Counted from the first letter of the stretch, positions 1-10,268 are shown. The stretch: DNA of 64,000 nt from an uncultured Alphaproteobacteria bacterium (GCA_963840055.1 CAWIXM010000045.1:79971-143970); one strand, 5' to 3'. The notes: generated by a model from the sequence alone, not told the origin. Numbers and translations are program-made.

Positions 1-1
1 C

Positions 2-571
2 GTATCCATCGCGCGCGCCGAGGTCGTCGACGTCGCCGAACTGATGCAGCCGAGCAAGCTTGGCGACATTACCATCGGATCGGACACCGCGCCGGTGACC
101 ATCGTCGAATACGCGTCGATGACCTGCGGCCATTGCGCGGATTTCAGCGTACACACCTTCCCGCAGATCAAAGAGCGCTACATCGATACCGGGAAGGTTC
201 GCTACATCCTGCGCGAATTTCCGCTCGACCCGCTTGCCGCCGGCGCGTTCATGCTCGCGCGCTGCGCCGGCAAGGACAAGTACTACTCCCTCGTCGAAAC
301 GCTGTTCGCCCAAACCAGCAAGTGGGTGGTGCCGAACCCGCTTCCGGCGTTGTTCGCGATCGCCAAGCAGGCAGGCTTCACCCAGCAGAGTTTTGATGAG
401 TGTCTATCGAATCAGAAGCTGCTCGACGAGCTCGAAGAGGTGCGCAAGCGCGGGGCCGACAAGTTCAAAATTCAAGCGACGCCGACTTTTTTCATCAATG
501 GCGAGCGCCTTACGGGAGCCCAGCCGTTCTCCGAATTCGAGAAGGTAATCGAAAAACATCTTAAGTCATAA
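2..571 (+). CDS. DsbA-family thiol:disulfide oxidoreductase, 5' end outside the window
   Basis: The frame is open from base 2, and the listed ORF 44..571 is only its first in-window Met. It has the thioredoxin-fold CGHC active site (YASMTCGHCADF) and a DsbA-like length. Confidence 0.85.
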   Translation, partial: VSIARAEVVDVAELMQPSKLGDITIGSDTAPVTIVEYASMTCGHCADFSVHTFPQIKERYIDTGKVRYILREFPLDPLAAGAFMLARCAGKDKYYSLVETLFAQTSKWVVPNPLPALFAIAKQAGFTQQSFDECLSNQKLLDELEEVRKRGADKFKIQATPTFFINGERLTGAQPFSEFEKVIEKHLKS

Positions 572-823
572 CAAAGACTTAAGCGTAATTACGGCAGTGC
601 GGCAATAAACTGCAACGACCTCTCGAGGCGCAGCGCAGAACAGACAAAAAGCTGGACAAGCCGTCGCGCCTGTTGCGTACGGACTCTGCGTCTGATTCAT
701 TCTCCGCTTGATGCGGCTATCTCTGATTCGACCCCGGCCGGGCCCGCCCCGGATTAGGCATGCGCCACCGCACGCCGCGAGCGTAGATATGAGCGCGCGC
801 CATCCGGAGGGAGGCGACGCGCG

Positions 824-3800
824 ATGAAGCTCACGCGGCTGCGCCTAATCGGATTCAAGTCGTTCGTCGAACCGACCGATTTCATCATTGCGCCGGGCCT
901 GACCGGCGTCGTCGGTCCGAACGGCTGTGGCAAGTCGAATCTCGTCGAAGCGTTGCGCTGGGTCATGGGCGAGTCCTCGCACAAAGCGATGCGCGCCGAC
1001 GACATGGATGATGTGATCTTCTCCGGCAACCAAAACCGGCCCGCCCGCAACACTGCCGAAGTCTCGGTCCTGATCGACAATAGCGATCGCACGGCGCCGG
1101 CTCAGTTCAACGGCGAGGAAAACCTCGACGTATCGCGTCGGATCGCGCGCGAAGAAGGTTCGACTTACCGCGTGAACGGCCGCGAGGTGCGCGCACGTGA
1201 CGTGCAGATCCTGTTCGCCGACGCCTCGACCGGCGCGCGTTCGCCCGCTCTTGTCCATCAAGGGCGCATCGGCGAAATCGTCCAAGCCAAACCGCAACAG
1301 CGCCGCCGGGTCTTGGAAGAAGCGGCGGGCATTGCCGGGCTGCATGCGCGTCGCCATGAGGCGGAGCTGCGCCTGCGCGCCGCCGAGCAGAACCTGCTCC
1401 GGCTCGAGGACGTGATAGGCCAGCTCGCGCAGCAGATCGATTCGCTCAAGCGTCAGGCCCGCCAGGCCGTGCGCTACCGCGCGCTGTCGCAGCACGTGCG
1501 CAAGGCCGAAGCGACCTTGTTCCACGTCCGCTATCGCCGGGCCACGGAGGAATTGGCGGAGGCCGCGCACGCAGAAGAAGCAAGCATACGCGAGTTGGCG
1601 GCGCGCACCGGAGAGCAGGCGGAAGCGGCGAAGCGCCAGGCGATCGCCGCGGCGCAGCTCCCTGACCTGCGAGAGGCGGAAGCGAAGGCCGCCGCCGCCT
1701 TGCAGCGGCTTGTCGCGGCGCGCGACGCCCTCGAACGCGAGGAAATCCGGGCGAAAGAGCGCATGGCCGAGCTCGATCGCCGCATGGCGCAAACCACCGA
1801 GGACCGCGACCGGGAAGCGCGGCTGCTGTCCGATGCGGAAGCGACGCTTGCCCGGCTCGACGCCGAACGCGAGGCGTTGGAGCGCGAAGCCGGAGCTGCC
1901 GCCGAACGCCGCGCCGGGGTAGACACGCGCGTCGCCGCAGCCGATGCGGCGCTCGAGGTGACCGAACGCGAGCTTGCGGAACGAACCGCGGCGCTCGCCG
2001 AGTTGACCGCGCGGCGCAGCCAGCTCGAAGCGACGGTCCGCGACCATCAGGACCGGCATCAGCGTACCGAGGCCGAGCTTGCCGGCGTCAGCGCCGAGCT
2101 TGCCGAACTATTGGCCGGCGCGACGGCCACGGTTGATCTGGCGGCGCTGGCCAGCGCGACCGAAGCGGCAGAGGCGGCGCTTGCCGCGGCGGAAGCCGCT
2201 ACGCTCCAAGCGGAGGCCGCCCATTCGGCGGCGCGCCAGAACCATGATCTTACGCGGCACCCGCTCGCCGAGGCCGAGCGCCGCGTGCATCGCCTGGAGA
2301 CGGAGGCGAGGACGCTTGCCAAGGTCCTGCACGTCGACGCCAAGCAGCTCTGGCCGCCGGTTATCGATCTTGTGAGCGTCGAGAAGGGCTATGAGACGGC
2401 GCTCGGCGCCGCGCTCGGCGACGACCTCAACGCGCCGATCGAACCGACCGCGCCGATGCGCTGGGGGCTCGCCGGAGGCGAGGGAAACGATCCAGCATTG
2501 CCGGACGGCATCGAAGCGTTGGCGCAACACGTGGTGGCGGCGCCACAGGAATTGCAGCGGCGGCTCGCCCAGATCGGCGTCGTCGAGCGCACCGAAGGCG
2601 ACGCTTTGGCGCAACACTTGAAAGTGGGCCAGCGCCTCGTCTCGCGCGAGGGCGATCTCTGGCGCTGGGACGGGTTCGCCGTCGCCGCCCATGCTCCAAC
2701 GTTAGCTGCGCGAAGGCTCGCCGAAGCCAACCGGCTGGCGGATATCGAGGCAGAGCTTGGCGGCGCGCGCGCCGCGGCGCAGGCGTGCCGCGACGCGGCG
2801 GCGGCTGCCGAAGCCGAAGTTACCGCAGCAGCGGCTGCAGAGACCGAGAGCCGTAACCGCTGGCGCGAGCTGCAGCACGACGCTGCCTCCACGCGCGAAA
2901 TCCACGCCGCGGCCGAGCGCGAGCTCAACCGCCTGACCGCGCGCCGCTCCGCGCTCGAGGAGGCGCAGTCCCGCCTTGCCGCCGCGCGGGAGGAGGCTCA
3001 CGCCGCCGCCGCCGAGGCTGCGGCCGCGCTTTCGAACCAAGAACCGACCGACCAATTGGAAGCCGAACTTGCGGCGATCCGGACGAAAGTCGCGCAGGAG
3101 CGCGGCGCGCTCGCGGAGGCGCGCGCCGAAGCGCAGGCGCTTGCGCGCGAAATCGAACTGACGCACCGCCGGCTCGAACTCGATCAGCGCCGATGGAGAA
3201 GCCTGGCGCACCCGCAAGGACGCCGCCGCCGGCCAAATCGCCAACCTTGACGCTCGCTTGACGGAAACGGCCCTGGAACGCGCAAGCCTCGCCGACGCGC
3301 CGAACCAGTTCGCTGAGAAGCGGCGCGCTTTGATGGGCGACATCGATCATGCCGAGGCCGAGCGTCGAAACGCCGCCGACGCGCTGGTTCTAGGCGAGAC
3401 CGCGCTTGCCGAGGCGGACAAGGCCGCCCGAGACGCGCTCGAAGCGATGGCGCTCGCCCGCACTGAGACGGCCCGCGCCGAAGAACGCCACAAGGCGGCT
3501 GCGCGCCGGCGCGACGACGTCGCGCACGAAATCGCCGAAATGCTCGAAGTCGAGCCGGCCGAGCTGCCCGGTCTAGCCGGTCTCGCGGCGGACGCCGCGC
3601 TGCCGGACGTCGCCGAGGTCGAGGATCGGCTCGAGCGTCTGCGGCGCGAGCGCGAGCGGCTTGGGGCGGTCAATCTGCGCGCCGACGAGGAATTGCGCGA
3701 GGTCGAGGCCCAACACGCGACACTCACCGCCGAGCGCGAGGACCTCATCGCCGCAATCAAGCGACTGCGCCAGGGCATCCAGAACCTCAACCGCGAGGCC

Positions 3801-4286
3801 CGCGAGCGGCTGCTCGCCTCATTCGAAACGGTGAACAATCAGTTCAAGCGCCTGTTCGCCGAATTGTTCGGCGGCGGCACGGCGGAGCTGCAACTCATCG
3901 AAAGCGAAGACCCGCTGGAAGCAGGCCTCGATATTCTGGCAAAGCCCCCGGGCAAGAAACCGGCGACGCTGTCGCTCCTCTCCGGTGGCGAGCAAGCGCT
4001 CACCGCGCTCGCGCTGATCTTCGCAGTGTTCCTCACCAATCCGGCGCCGATTTGCGTGCTCGACGAGGTCGACGCGCCGCTCGACGATCAGAACGTCGAT
4101 CGCTTCTGCAATCTGCTCGACGAAATGGCGCGGTCGACCGAAACCCGTTTCCTTATCATCACCCACAACCCGATCACCATGGCGCGGATGAACCGGCTGT
4201 TCGGCGTGACGATGGCCGAGCGCGGCGTTTCTCAGCTCGTATCGGTGGACCTCGAGGGCGCGGTGAAGTTCAAGGAAGCGGTCTGA
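824..4286 (+). pseudogene. smc: chromosome segregation protein SMC, frame broken by a 1-nt shift near 3176-3186 (ORFs 824..3250 and 3258..4286)
   Basis: Walker A GPNGCGKSN, long Ala/Glu/Arg coiled coils, the [15 protein letters not shown] signature and Walker [11 protein letters not shown] are all present. The two parts total 808+342 aa, the normal SMC length of about 1150 aa. The second frame is open from 3162 and reads [27 protein letters not shown] ahead of its listed start, which continues the coiled coil. Confidence 0.9.
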
Positions 4287-4445
4287 CGGGCGGGCGCATG
4301 GAACTCCCGGCTCATCCAGCATTTAATGAATAATCCACGTCGGCGCCGTTCAGTGCAGGTTCACCTGCGCTGGCGCAGCTTCATCGCGGGCGACGACGTG
4401 ACTAAGCCATTGAATAACAAAACGATAATATCGTATTGGGAGAGC

Positions 4446-4853
4446 ATGATGCTGGGCAAAATCTCGATTGCTGCGGCGCTCGCGGCCCTGCTGATCGTCT
4501 TCAGCGCGCCGGCCGACGCCCGCGCCGGCGGCGGGCGCGGCGGGTTCCATGGCGGCGGCTTCCGCGGCGCTGCCGTCTACCGCGGTGGATTCCGCGGCGG
4601 CGGGTTCTATCGCAGGGGTTATGTCGGGCGGCCCTTCTACGGCTACCGACGCGGCTTTTACGCGCGGCGATTCTATGGGCGGCCCTTCTATCGCGCCGGC
4701 TTCTACCGGCGCTATGGATGGCGCTACCGGCCTTACCGATGGCGCTGGCGTTACCGGCGGCCCTACTTTGCGGTGGGCTACTACGGTTATTCATGCTGGC
4801 GCTGGCGGCCGACGTGGTGGGGTTGGCGGCGCGTTTGGGTGTGCGGCTACTGA
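4446..4853 (+). CDS. secreted Gly/Arg/Tyr/Trp-rich low-complexity protein (hypothetical)
   Basis: The ATG at 4446 is preceded by GGGAGAG. The signal peptide is MMLGKISIAAALAALLIVFSAPADA. The mature part consists of RGGF/RRGY/RPFY/WRWR-type repeats with two C-terminal Cys, and a terminator follows. Confidence 0.6.
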   Translation: MMLGKISIAAALAALLIVFSAPADARAGGGRGGFHGGGFRGAAVYRGGFRGGGFYRRGYVGRPFYGYRRGFYARRFYGRPFYRAGFYRRYGWRYRPYRWRWRYRRPYFAVGYYGYSCWRWRPTWWGWRRVWVCGY

Positions 4854-4886
4854 TAAGGCCGCAACCGATCAGCTGATTGAGTTTGT

Positions 4887-4914
4887 CGGCCCCGCATAAG
4901 ACGATGCGGGGCCG
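4887..4914 (+). terminator. rho-independent terminator
   Basis: Perfect 10-bp stem CGGCCCCGCA / TGCGGGGCCG with an 8-nt loop, followed by ATATCTTCA. Confidence 0.7.
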
Positions 4915-5063
4915 ATATCTTCATGGAGCGCGCCGCGCTTGAACGCGGGGCGCAGTTGTTGTTGTAACTTATCCGGAGTATTCGGCTTCTGCCCCGCGTC
5001 GCCTTGCGTCGTTTTGCACCGCCTCGTGTCGCCTTGCGCCCCCTATCCTTTTAGGAGCTTCGA

Positions 5064-5627
5064 ATGTCCATCGCCGGTTGGATCGTGCTTGGGCTGATCG
5101 TCGTCGTCGTGTTGTGGGCCGTCATGACCTACAACGGGCTTATTTCGCTGCGGCAACGGGTGAACCAGGCCTTCGCCGACATCGATGTGCAGCTCAAGCA
5201 GCGGCACGACCTCATTCCCAATCTGGTCGAGACGGTAAAGGGCTATGCGAGCCATGAGCGCGGAACGCTGGAGGCTGTCGTCCAGGCACGCAACGCGGCG
5301 ATCTCGGCGCAGGGCCCGGCCGCGCAGGCCGCCGCGGAAAACCAGCTCACCGGCGCGCTGCGCCAGCTGTTCGCGCTGTCCGAGGCCTATCCCGACCTCA
5401 AGGCCAACACCAATTTCCAACAACTGCAGTCCGAACTGTCGGACATCGAGAACAAGCTCGCCGCCGCGCGTCGCTTCTTCAACAACACGGTGAGCGAGTA
5501 CAACGCGAGCATTCAGCAGTTCCCGGCGGCGCTGTTCGCCGGCCCGCTCGGGTTCCGCGAGCACCAGTTCTTCGACGTCGGCGACGAGCGCAAGACGCTC
5601 GAACAAGCGCCGCAGGTGAAGTTCTGA
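5064..5627 (+). CDS. LemA family protein
   Basis: N-terminal TM helix followed by YNGLISLRQRVNQAFADIDVQLKQRHDLIPNLVETVKGYASHE, a typical LemA sequence, at the expected length of 187 aa. Confidence 0.9.
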   Translation: MSIAGWIVLGLIVVVVLWAVMTYNGLISLRQRVNQAFADIDVQLKQRHDLIPNLVETVKGYASHERGTLEAVVQARNAAISAQGPAAQAAAENQLTGALRQLFALSEAYPDLKANTNFQQLQSELSDIENKLAAARRFFNNTVSEYNASIQQFPAALFAGPLGFREHQFFDVGDERKTLEQAPQVKF

Positions 5628-5691
5628 TGTTTGCCCCAACGGCTGCGCGCGGCCGTCTTGCCCCGGCTTCGGCGCACCGCTCCGGCGCCGG

Positions 5692-6910
5692 TCAGGCGGT
5701 GGCGACGAGCCCGGCTGTTGGTCGCGCCGCCGCGCTGTCGGGAAAGACGGCCGTCTCAAGGTCCCCGTCGGAAACGCGCAGGTGATCGCGGAGCACGCCC
5801 TTCATCACCGCGCGCAGATCGGTCGTCGGCCGTAGATCGCGCCCCTCATACAGTTTGTCTGCCGAAAGCCCCGGCCAATCGGCAATAACTTGACCGCCCT
5901 TCACCGCACCGCCGGCAAGCAGCGCCACCGTCGCGGTGCCGTGGTCGGTGCCGTCCGTTTCGTTGATGCGCGCGGTGCGGCCGAACTCCGTCACCACCGC
6001 GACCACCGTGTCGCGCCAGGCTTCCCCCATTCCTGTTTCGACCGCGGCAATCGCGCCATCGAGCGCGCCGAGGAGCGCGGCCAGGCGTCCGCTTGCTGCG
6101 CCTTCATTGGCGTGAGTGTCCCAGCCGTCGAAGGCAAGCGCGCCAATGCGGGGCCCGTCGGGGCGCGCGAGGAACTTGGCGGCAGCGCCGGCCGACTCAA
6201 GGAACCGCGCCGCCCCCACCCGGCATAGCCGACATATCGCCGTCCTTGGCGATGGCCGCAACGCCGATGCGCTCTTCAAGCGAGCGCGCCAAGTCCGGAT
6301 CGGTATGGCGATACAGATCGAGAAGCCGCGCCACGGTGCCATCGGCGGCGGGCGGCAGGCGCGGCGGCGTCCACGACAGGATCTGCGCTTTGCCACGCAC
6401 GACCAGCGGCGTCGCCGGTCCGACGGCGAATGTCGCGCGCCCTTGCGCGGCGACCGGCTCGTCGCGCGCGAGCGTCGCTAGCGCGCGATTAAGCCAGCCG
6501 CTGCCGGTCTGGCCGGGCTTCGCAAAGCCGCTCTCGAGCACGTCCTGCCCATCGAAATGCGACCGCTCCCGGTAAGGCGTGGCGACGGCGTGCACGATCG
6601 TCGCTTGCTTCGCTTTGTAGAGGCGGTGCAGATTCGGCATCGCAGGATTGAGGGCGAAGAAGCTGTCGAGCGCGAGGCCTGGACTGGCGCCGTCGAGTAT
6701 AAGCGCCTTGTCGCCGCGCAGCCGCACCCAACCCGGATCGCCCACCGGCGCGACCGCGGCAAGCCCGTCGAGCGCGCCGCGCAGCACGATTACGAGAAAG
6801 CGCGGATCGCGCCGCTCGGCCCGTGCAAGCTTTGGCAGATAGGCCCACGCAAACAGGACGCCGGAAGCGAGCAGCATTTCACGGCGGGTCGGAGCATGAA
6901 GAGAGCGCAT
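5692..6910 (-). pseudogene. DUF1501 domain protein (Tat-signal sulfatase-like fold), frame broken in a C5 run at 6213-6217 (ORFs 6197..6910 and 5692..6396)
   Basis: The N-terminal part has a Tat-like leader (TRREMLLASGVLFAWAY). The C-terminal part carries the DUF1501 hallmarks FDGWDTHANEG and TEFGRTARINETDGTDHG. The two frames join at PGGG/AARFLES, for about 406 aa in total. Confidence 0.8.
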
Positions 6911-6918
6911 GGCTTCAC

Positions 6919-7248
6919 CTACGTTGGAATTCCGGCGACATGAGAAGGAGCGTCATCGCGCGCGGCGCGTCGTGCCGCCCGTCTCTCCTGCCTGAACTCG
7001 AACGCGGCGCGCCCTGCTTCGCCACTTGTCAAAAGATGGGGATCCAATAACCGGCCAGTGGCCGGCCGGTCGAGCTCGGCGAGCAGCGCTCCGCGCGGGT
7101 CTGTTGCAATCGCAGCAATGCCGTCAGACCGCGGTCCGAAGCCGAAGCGGTGGAGCATCAATGCTGCATGGGTGTTGGGGTCGATTGCCATCGAAGGCCT
7201 CCGGCCTTCATCCGCCTGTCGCAAAAGCGAACCAATCGCCCCGCGCAA
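6919..7248 (-). pseudogene. DUF1800 family protein, N-terminal fragment only (about 90 of the roughly 450-500 aa expected)
   Basis: The likely start is the ATG at 7191 (MAIDPNTHAALMLHRFGFGPRSDG...), a typical DUF1800 N-terminus. The ORF stops 9 nt before the DUF1501 start, so the bulk of the gene is missing. Confidence 0.6.
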
Positions 7249-7379
7249 AGCTGGAGACAGACAATGGCGAGACTGGGGCGGCTTACCGCGACGCGGTTGC
7301 GCCGGTGCCTAGTTCCAATGCGCTTTCCAGAGCTTAATTCGCCTGGACGAGGTCGAGACACCCGGAATAAACATGGCGC

Positions 7380-8540
7380 ATGGCCGCCTACGGGCTTTAT
7401 ACGCATATCCAATCCAACAAGCGCCGCTCGATCGCGCTGTTGGCGAGCCTGTTTTTGCTCGTCTACTTGCTCGTCTATGCCGGCGCGCTTGCAGGCGAAG
7501 CGCTGTCCTATGACGCTTCGCTGCAATGGCTGATGCAACGGGCCTGGCGCGATTTTCTGAGCGCGGCGCCGTGGGCGACCATCGGCGCCGTGGTGTGGAT
7601 CGTCATCGCCTATTATTTCCACCAAAACATCATCGACGCCGTCACCGGCGGCCACGCGGTGACCCGCAAGGAGGAGCCGCGCCTCTACAATCTCCTGGAA
7701 AATCTGTGCATCTCGCGCGGCATTCCGATGCCGGCGCTGAAAGTGACGCAAAGCGACGCGCTCAATGCCTTCGCCACCGGCATGAACGAAAAGCAATACG
7801 CGATCACGGTGACGACCGGCCTCCTCAGTCGGCTCGACGACGCCGAGATCGAAGCGGTTCTCGGCCACGAGTTGACCCACATCCGCAACGGCGATGTGCG
7901 CATGATGGTGATCGCCATGATTATCGCCGGCGTCGTCGCCTTCTTCGCCGAATTGCTGTTCCGGATGTGGTTCAACGCCGGCTTCGGCTGGCGTAGCCGG
8001 CGGTCGGATGACGGCGACAGCGACGGTCGAGGCAAAGGCGGCGCCGGCGCCGCGCTTCTCATCGCGGCCGTGCTGATTGGCCTCGCCTGGCTCTTATCCG
8101 CGATGGTGCGCTTCGCCTTGTCGCGCTCGCGCGAATTGCTTGCCGACGCCGGCTCGGTCGAATTGACCAAGAACCCGGACGCGATGATCTCCGCCTTGCG
8201 CAAAATCGAAGGTCGCGGCGAACTCGAAGGCGCCACCTCTGCGGTGATGGAAATGTGCGTCGACAATCCGCGGTCGGGCTTTGCCGATCTATTCGCGACC
8301 CACCCTTCGATCGACAGCCGCGTCGAGGCGCTCGTCAAATACGCCGGCGGCCATGATCCCGGCCCGATCGCACTGCCGCCGCTGGGGGAAGCTCCAGCGC
8401 CAGAGGCAGAGGCCGCCCCCGCCCCTGCTTCGGAAAACCCTGCGACCCCCTACCCCGGCCCGTGGTCAAACGGATCCGACGCTTCGACGAATGCGCCGCC
8501 CGCGCCGCCCTTGCCCGGCCCGTGGGGTCCGCACCGCTAG
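7380..8540 (+). CDS. M48 family zinc metallopeptidase (HtpX-like) with Pro/Ala-rich C-terminal tail
   Basis: HELTHIRNGD contains the HExxH motif. There are four hydrophobic segments and a conserved ATHPSIDSRV near the C-terminus. Confidence 0.9.
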   Translation: MAAYGLYTHIQSNKRRSIALLASLFLLVYLLVYAGALAGEALSYDASLQWLMQRAWRDFLSAAPWATIGAVVWIVIAYYFHQNIIDAVTGGHAVTRKEEPRLYNLLENLCISRGIPMPALKVTQSDALNAFATGMNEKQYAITVTTGLLSRLDDAEIEAVLGHELTHIRNGDVRMMVIAMIIAGVVAFFAELLFRMWFNAGFGWRSRRSDDGDSDGRGKGGAGAALLIAAVLIGLAWLLSAMVRFALSRSRELLADAGSVELTKNPDAMISALRKIEGRGELEGATSAVMEMCVDNPRSGFADLFATHPSIDSRVEALVKYAGGHDPGPIALPPLGEAPAPEAEAAPAPASENPATPYPGPWSNGSDASTNAPPAPPLPGPWGPHR

Positions 8541-8662
8541 CGAATTCCGTTCCAATCGAATCGGAATTCGCTCCGGTTGTCCCTGAGTGGTCGCATTTTC
8601 TGCGGCGAACCGGTTCCCACCCCGGATCAAGTCCGGGGCAGGCTTCGCCGGAAAATGCTCTA
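8539..8662 (+). repeat. MITE-like palindromic intergenic element, copy A
   Basis: The same sequence recurs at 44013..44139 in the same orientation and at 26805..26905 inverted and internally deleted. Module 1 is the palindrome GCGAATTCCG...CGGAATTCGC. Module 2 is the long stem GCATTTTC-GCGAA / TTCGCC-GAAAATGC capped by CCCCGGATCAAGTCCGGGG. Confidence 0.85.
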
Positions 8663-8665
8663 AGT

Positions 8666-10241
8666 CTAGTCGACGATGCCCAGACTTTCCCGCAGTCTGA
8701 GAACTTGCGGTCGGAGGCGCTCACAGGCGAGATCGCGCTCGAAACGCAGCACGTCCTTGCGTACAGGGCTCGCGCGCAGACGGACGAGCGTTTCCCGGTC
8801 CTGCTGGCAAGGATCTGAGGAGCGGCTCGATGCGGCTTTCTTGCTGTCCTGTTTCGGCTGCGGGGTGCTTTCGATCGCATTGCTCTGCGGCGTGCGACCT
8901 CCGTCGTCGCCTTCGATCGGCACCGCGGGTGCGACCGCAGCCGCGCCGGTCCCCGGCAGTTCGCCGACAACACTCTCGCGTAGGCGCACGACCTGCAGCC
9001 GAAGCCGCTCGCAGGTAAGCTCCCGCTCCAGATGAATGATCTCGTCCCGCACCGGCTTGGCGCGCAGCCGCGTAAGCTTTTCCTGTTCCTGTTTGCACGA
9101 ATCGACGGCGATGGCCGAAGCGGCGGAACCTGGGGAGGACTCGTGGACATCCTCGGTCGGCTTGGGCTCGAGCTTTGCCTGTTGGTCCTTTTGCGGCGGC
9201 GCCCTGGGCGTTGAATCGCTGTCGTCGCGATTTTGCGGGTCGCGCGAAGCGATGACCGGCGGCAACGCTTTCTCCGCGGTCTCATTGAGCTTGGCGAGTT
9301 GCGCCCGAGCGAGGCCGGCGTAATAGCCAGTGCTGTGCACCTGCAGAAACGACTCCCAGGCCTGCTGCGTGCCGATGCGTTCGGCAAACTCGTAATCCCG
9401 GATATCGTATCTCGAAGCGCTCGAGCCCATCCTCCCCGATGCGATAGCCGGCGGATCGGGGGCCTTGACCAGCGCGATCGTCGTTCCGCCCAGCGAGCCG
9501 TAAACGAATGGCTCCTGTCGGTTCGCGGTCATTTTCAAGACTTCGTCGCGGACTCGGCCCAATGCGATCCTGATGTCGAGGCCGGGTTCGAAGAGGTGTT
9601 TTATCAGCGCCGTGGTGAACGGGCTGTTCGGACCGACGCCATCATAGGAAACGGAGCCCGCCTTTGCCGCGTAGGCGATAAGCGTATTGCCGGCACTGGG
9701 TTCGACCGTGGCAAGGCCGCCAGTCACCGCCCGCACCGCAAGCGTGCGCTGCATCCTGCGAAGGAAGGGATTGTCGCGGCACGCGTCCAGAATGATCAGG
9801 CGCAGCTGCTTGACCGGCTCCACGGCCAGAATGAGGCGTTCGAGCGAGATCGCTTCATCGTCGGCGTCGTAGTCGCTCCGAAGCTTTGCATCCACCGGAA
9901 TGAGATAATTGGAGCCGCGAATCTCGATGCCATGCCCGGCGAAATACACCACTGCGATGTCGGCATCGTGCGCCGTGAACATGAATTCCCGAAGCGCCCG
10001 CTTGAACTCCACCACGCCAAGATCGGTGCGCGAACTCGACGACGTCGAACCCGGCTTTTTCCAACATACGCGCCATCGCCTTCGCATCGCTGACGGTGTT
10101 CGTCAGACTGGAGGCGTTCTGATAGGCCGCATTGCCGATCACGAGCGCAACGCGCCGTTCGGCCAGGGCGTTTGTCGCCGAAATGGCGACGAACGCCAAG
10201 CCGGCCAGCGCGGCCGCTATGGAGATAAGGCGTCGTCGCAT
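8666..10241 (-). pseudogene. exported caspase-family (peptidase C14) protein, frame broken near 10028-10036 (ORFs 9855..10253 and 8666..10087)
   Basis: The ATG at 10241 follows GGAGG. The signal peptide is MRRRLISIAAALAGLAFVAISA. The catalytic His lies in YFAGHG and the catalytic Cys in LDACRDNPF. The two frames join at MLEKAGFDVVE / RTDLGVVEFK. The C-terminus has two 42-aa Cys-containing repeats. Confidence 0.8.
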
Positions 10242-10268
10242 CCTTGCCTCCAAGTACCCTCCTCCTCG

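Noticed and set aside
845-2059. A 404-aa minus-strand ORF within smc.
   Set aside because: It is an antisense artefact of the GC-rich coiled-coil coding region.
4326-4445. A 40-codon N-terminal extension of the Gly/Arg/Tyr-rich ORF.
   Set aside because: The internal ATG at 4446 has a good RBS and immediately starts a canonical signal peptide. The extension would bury that signal peptide.
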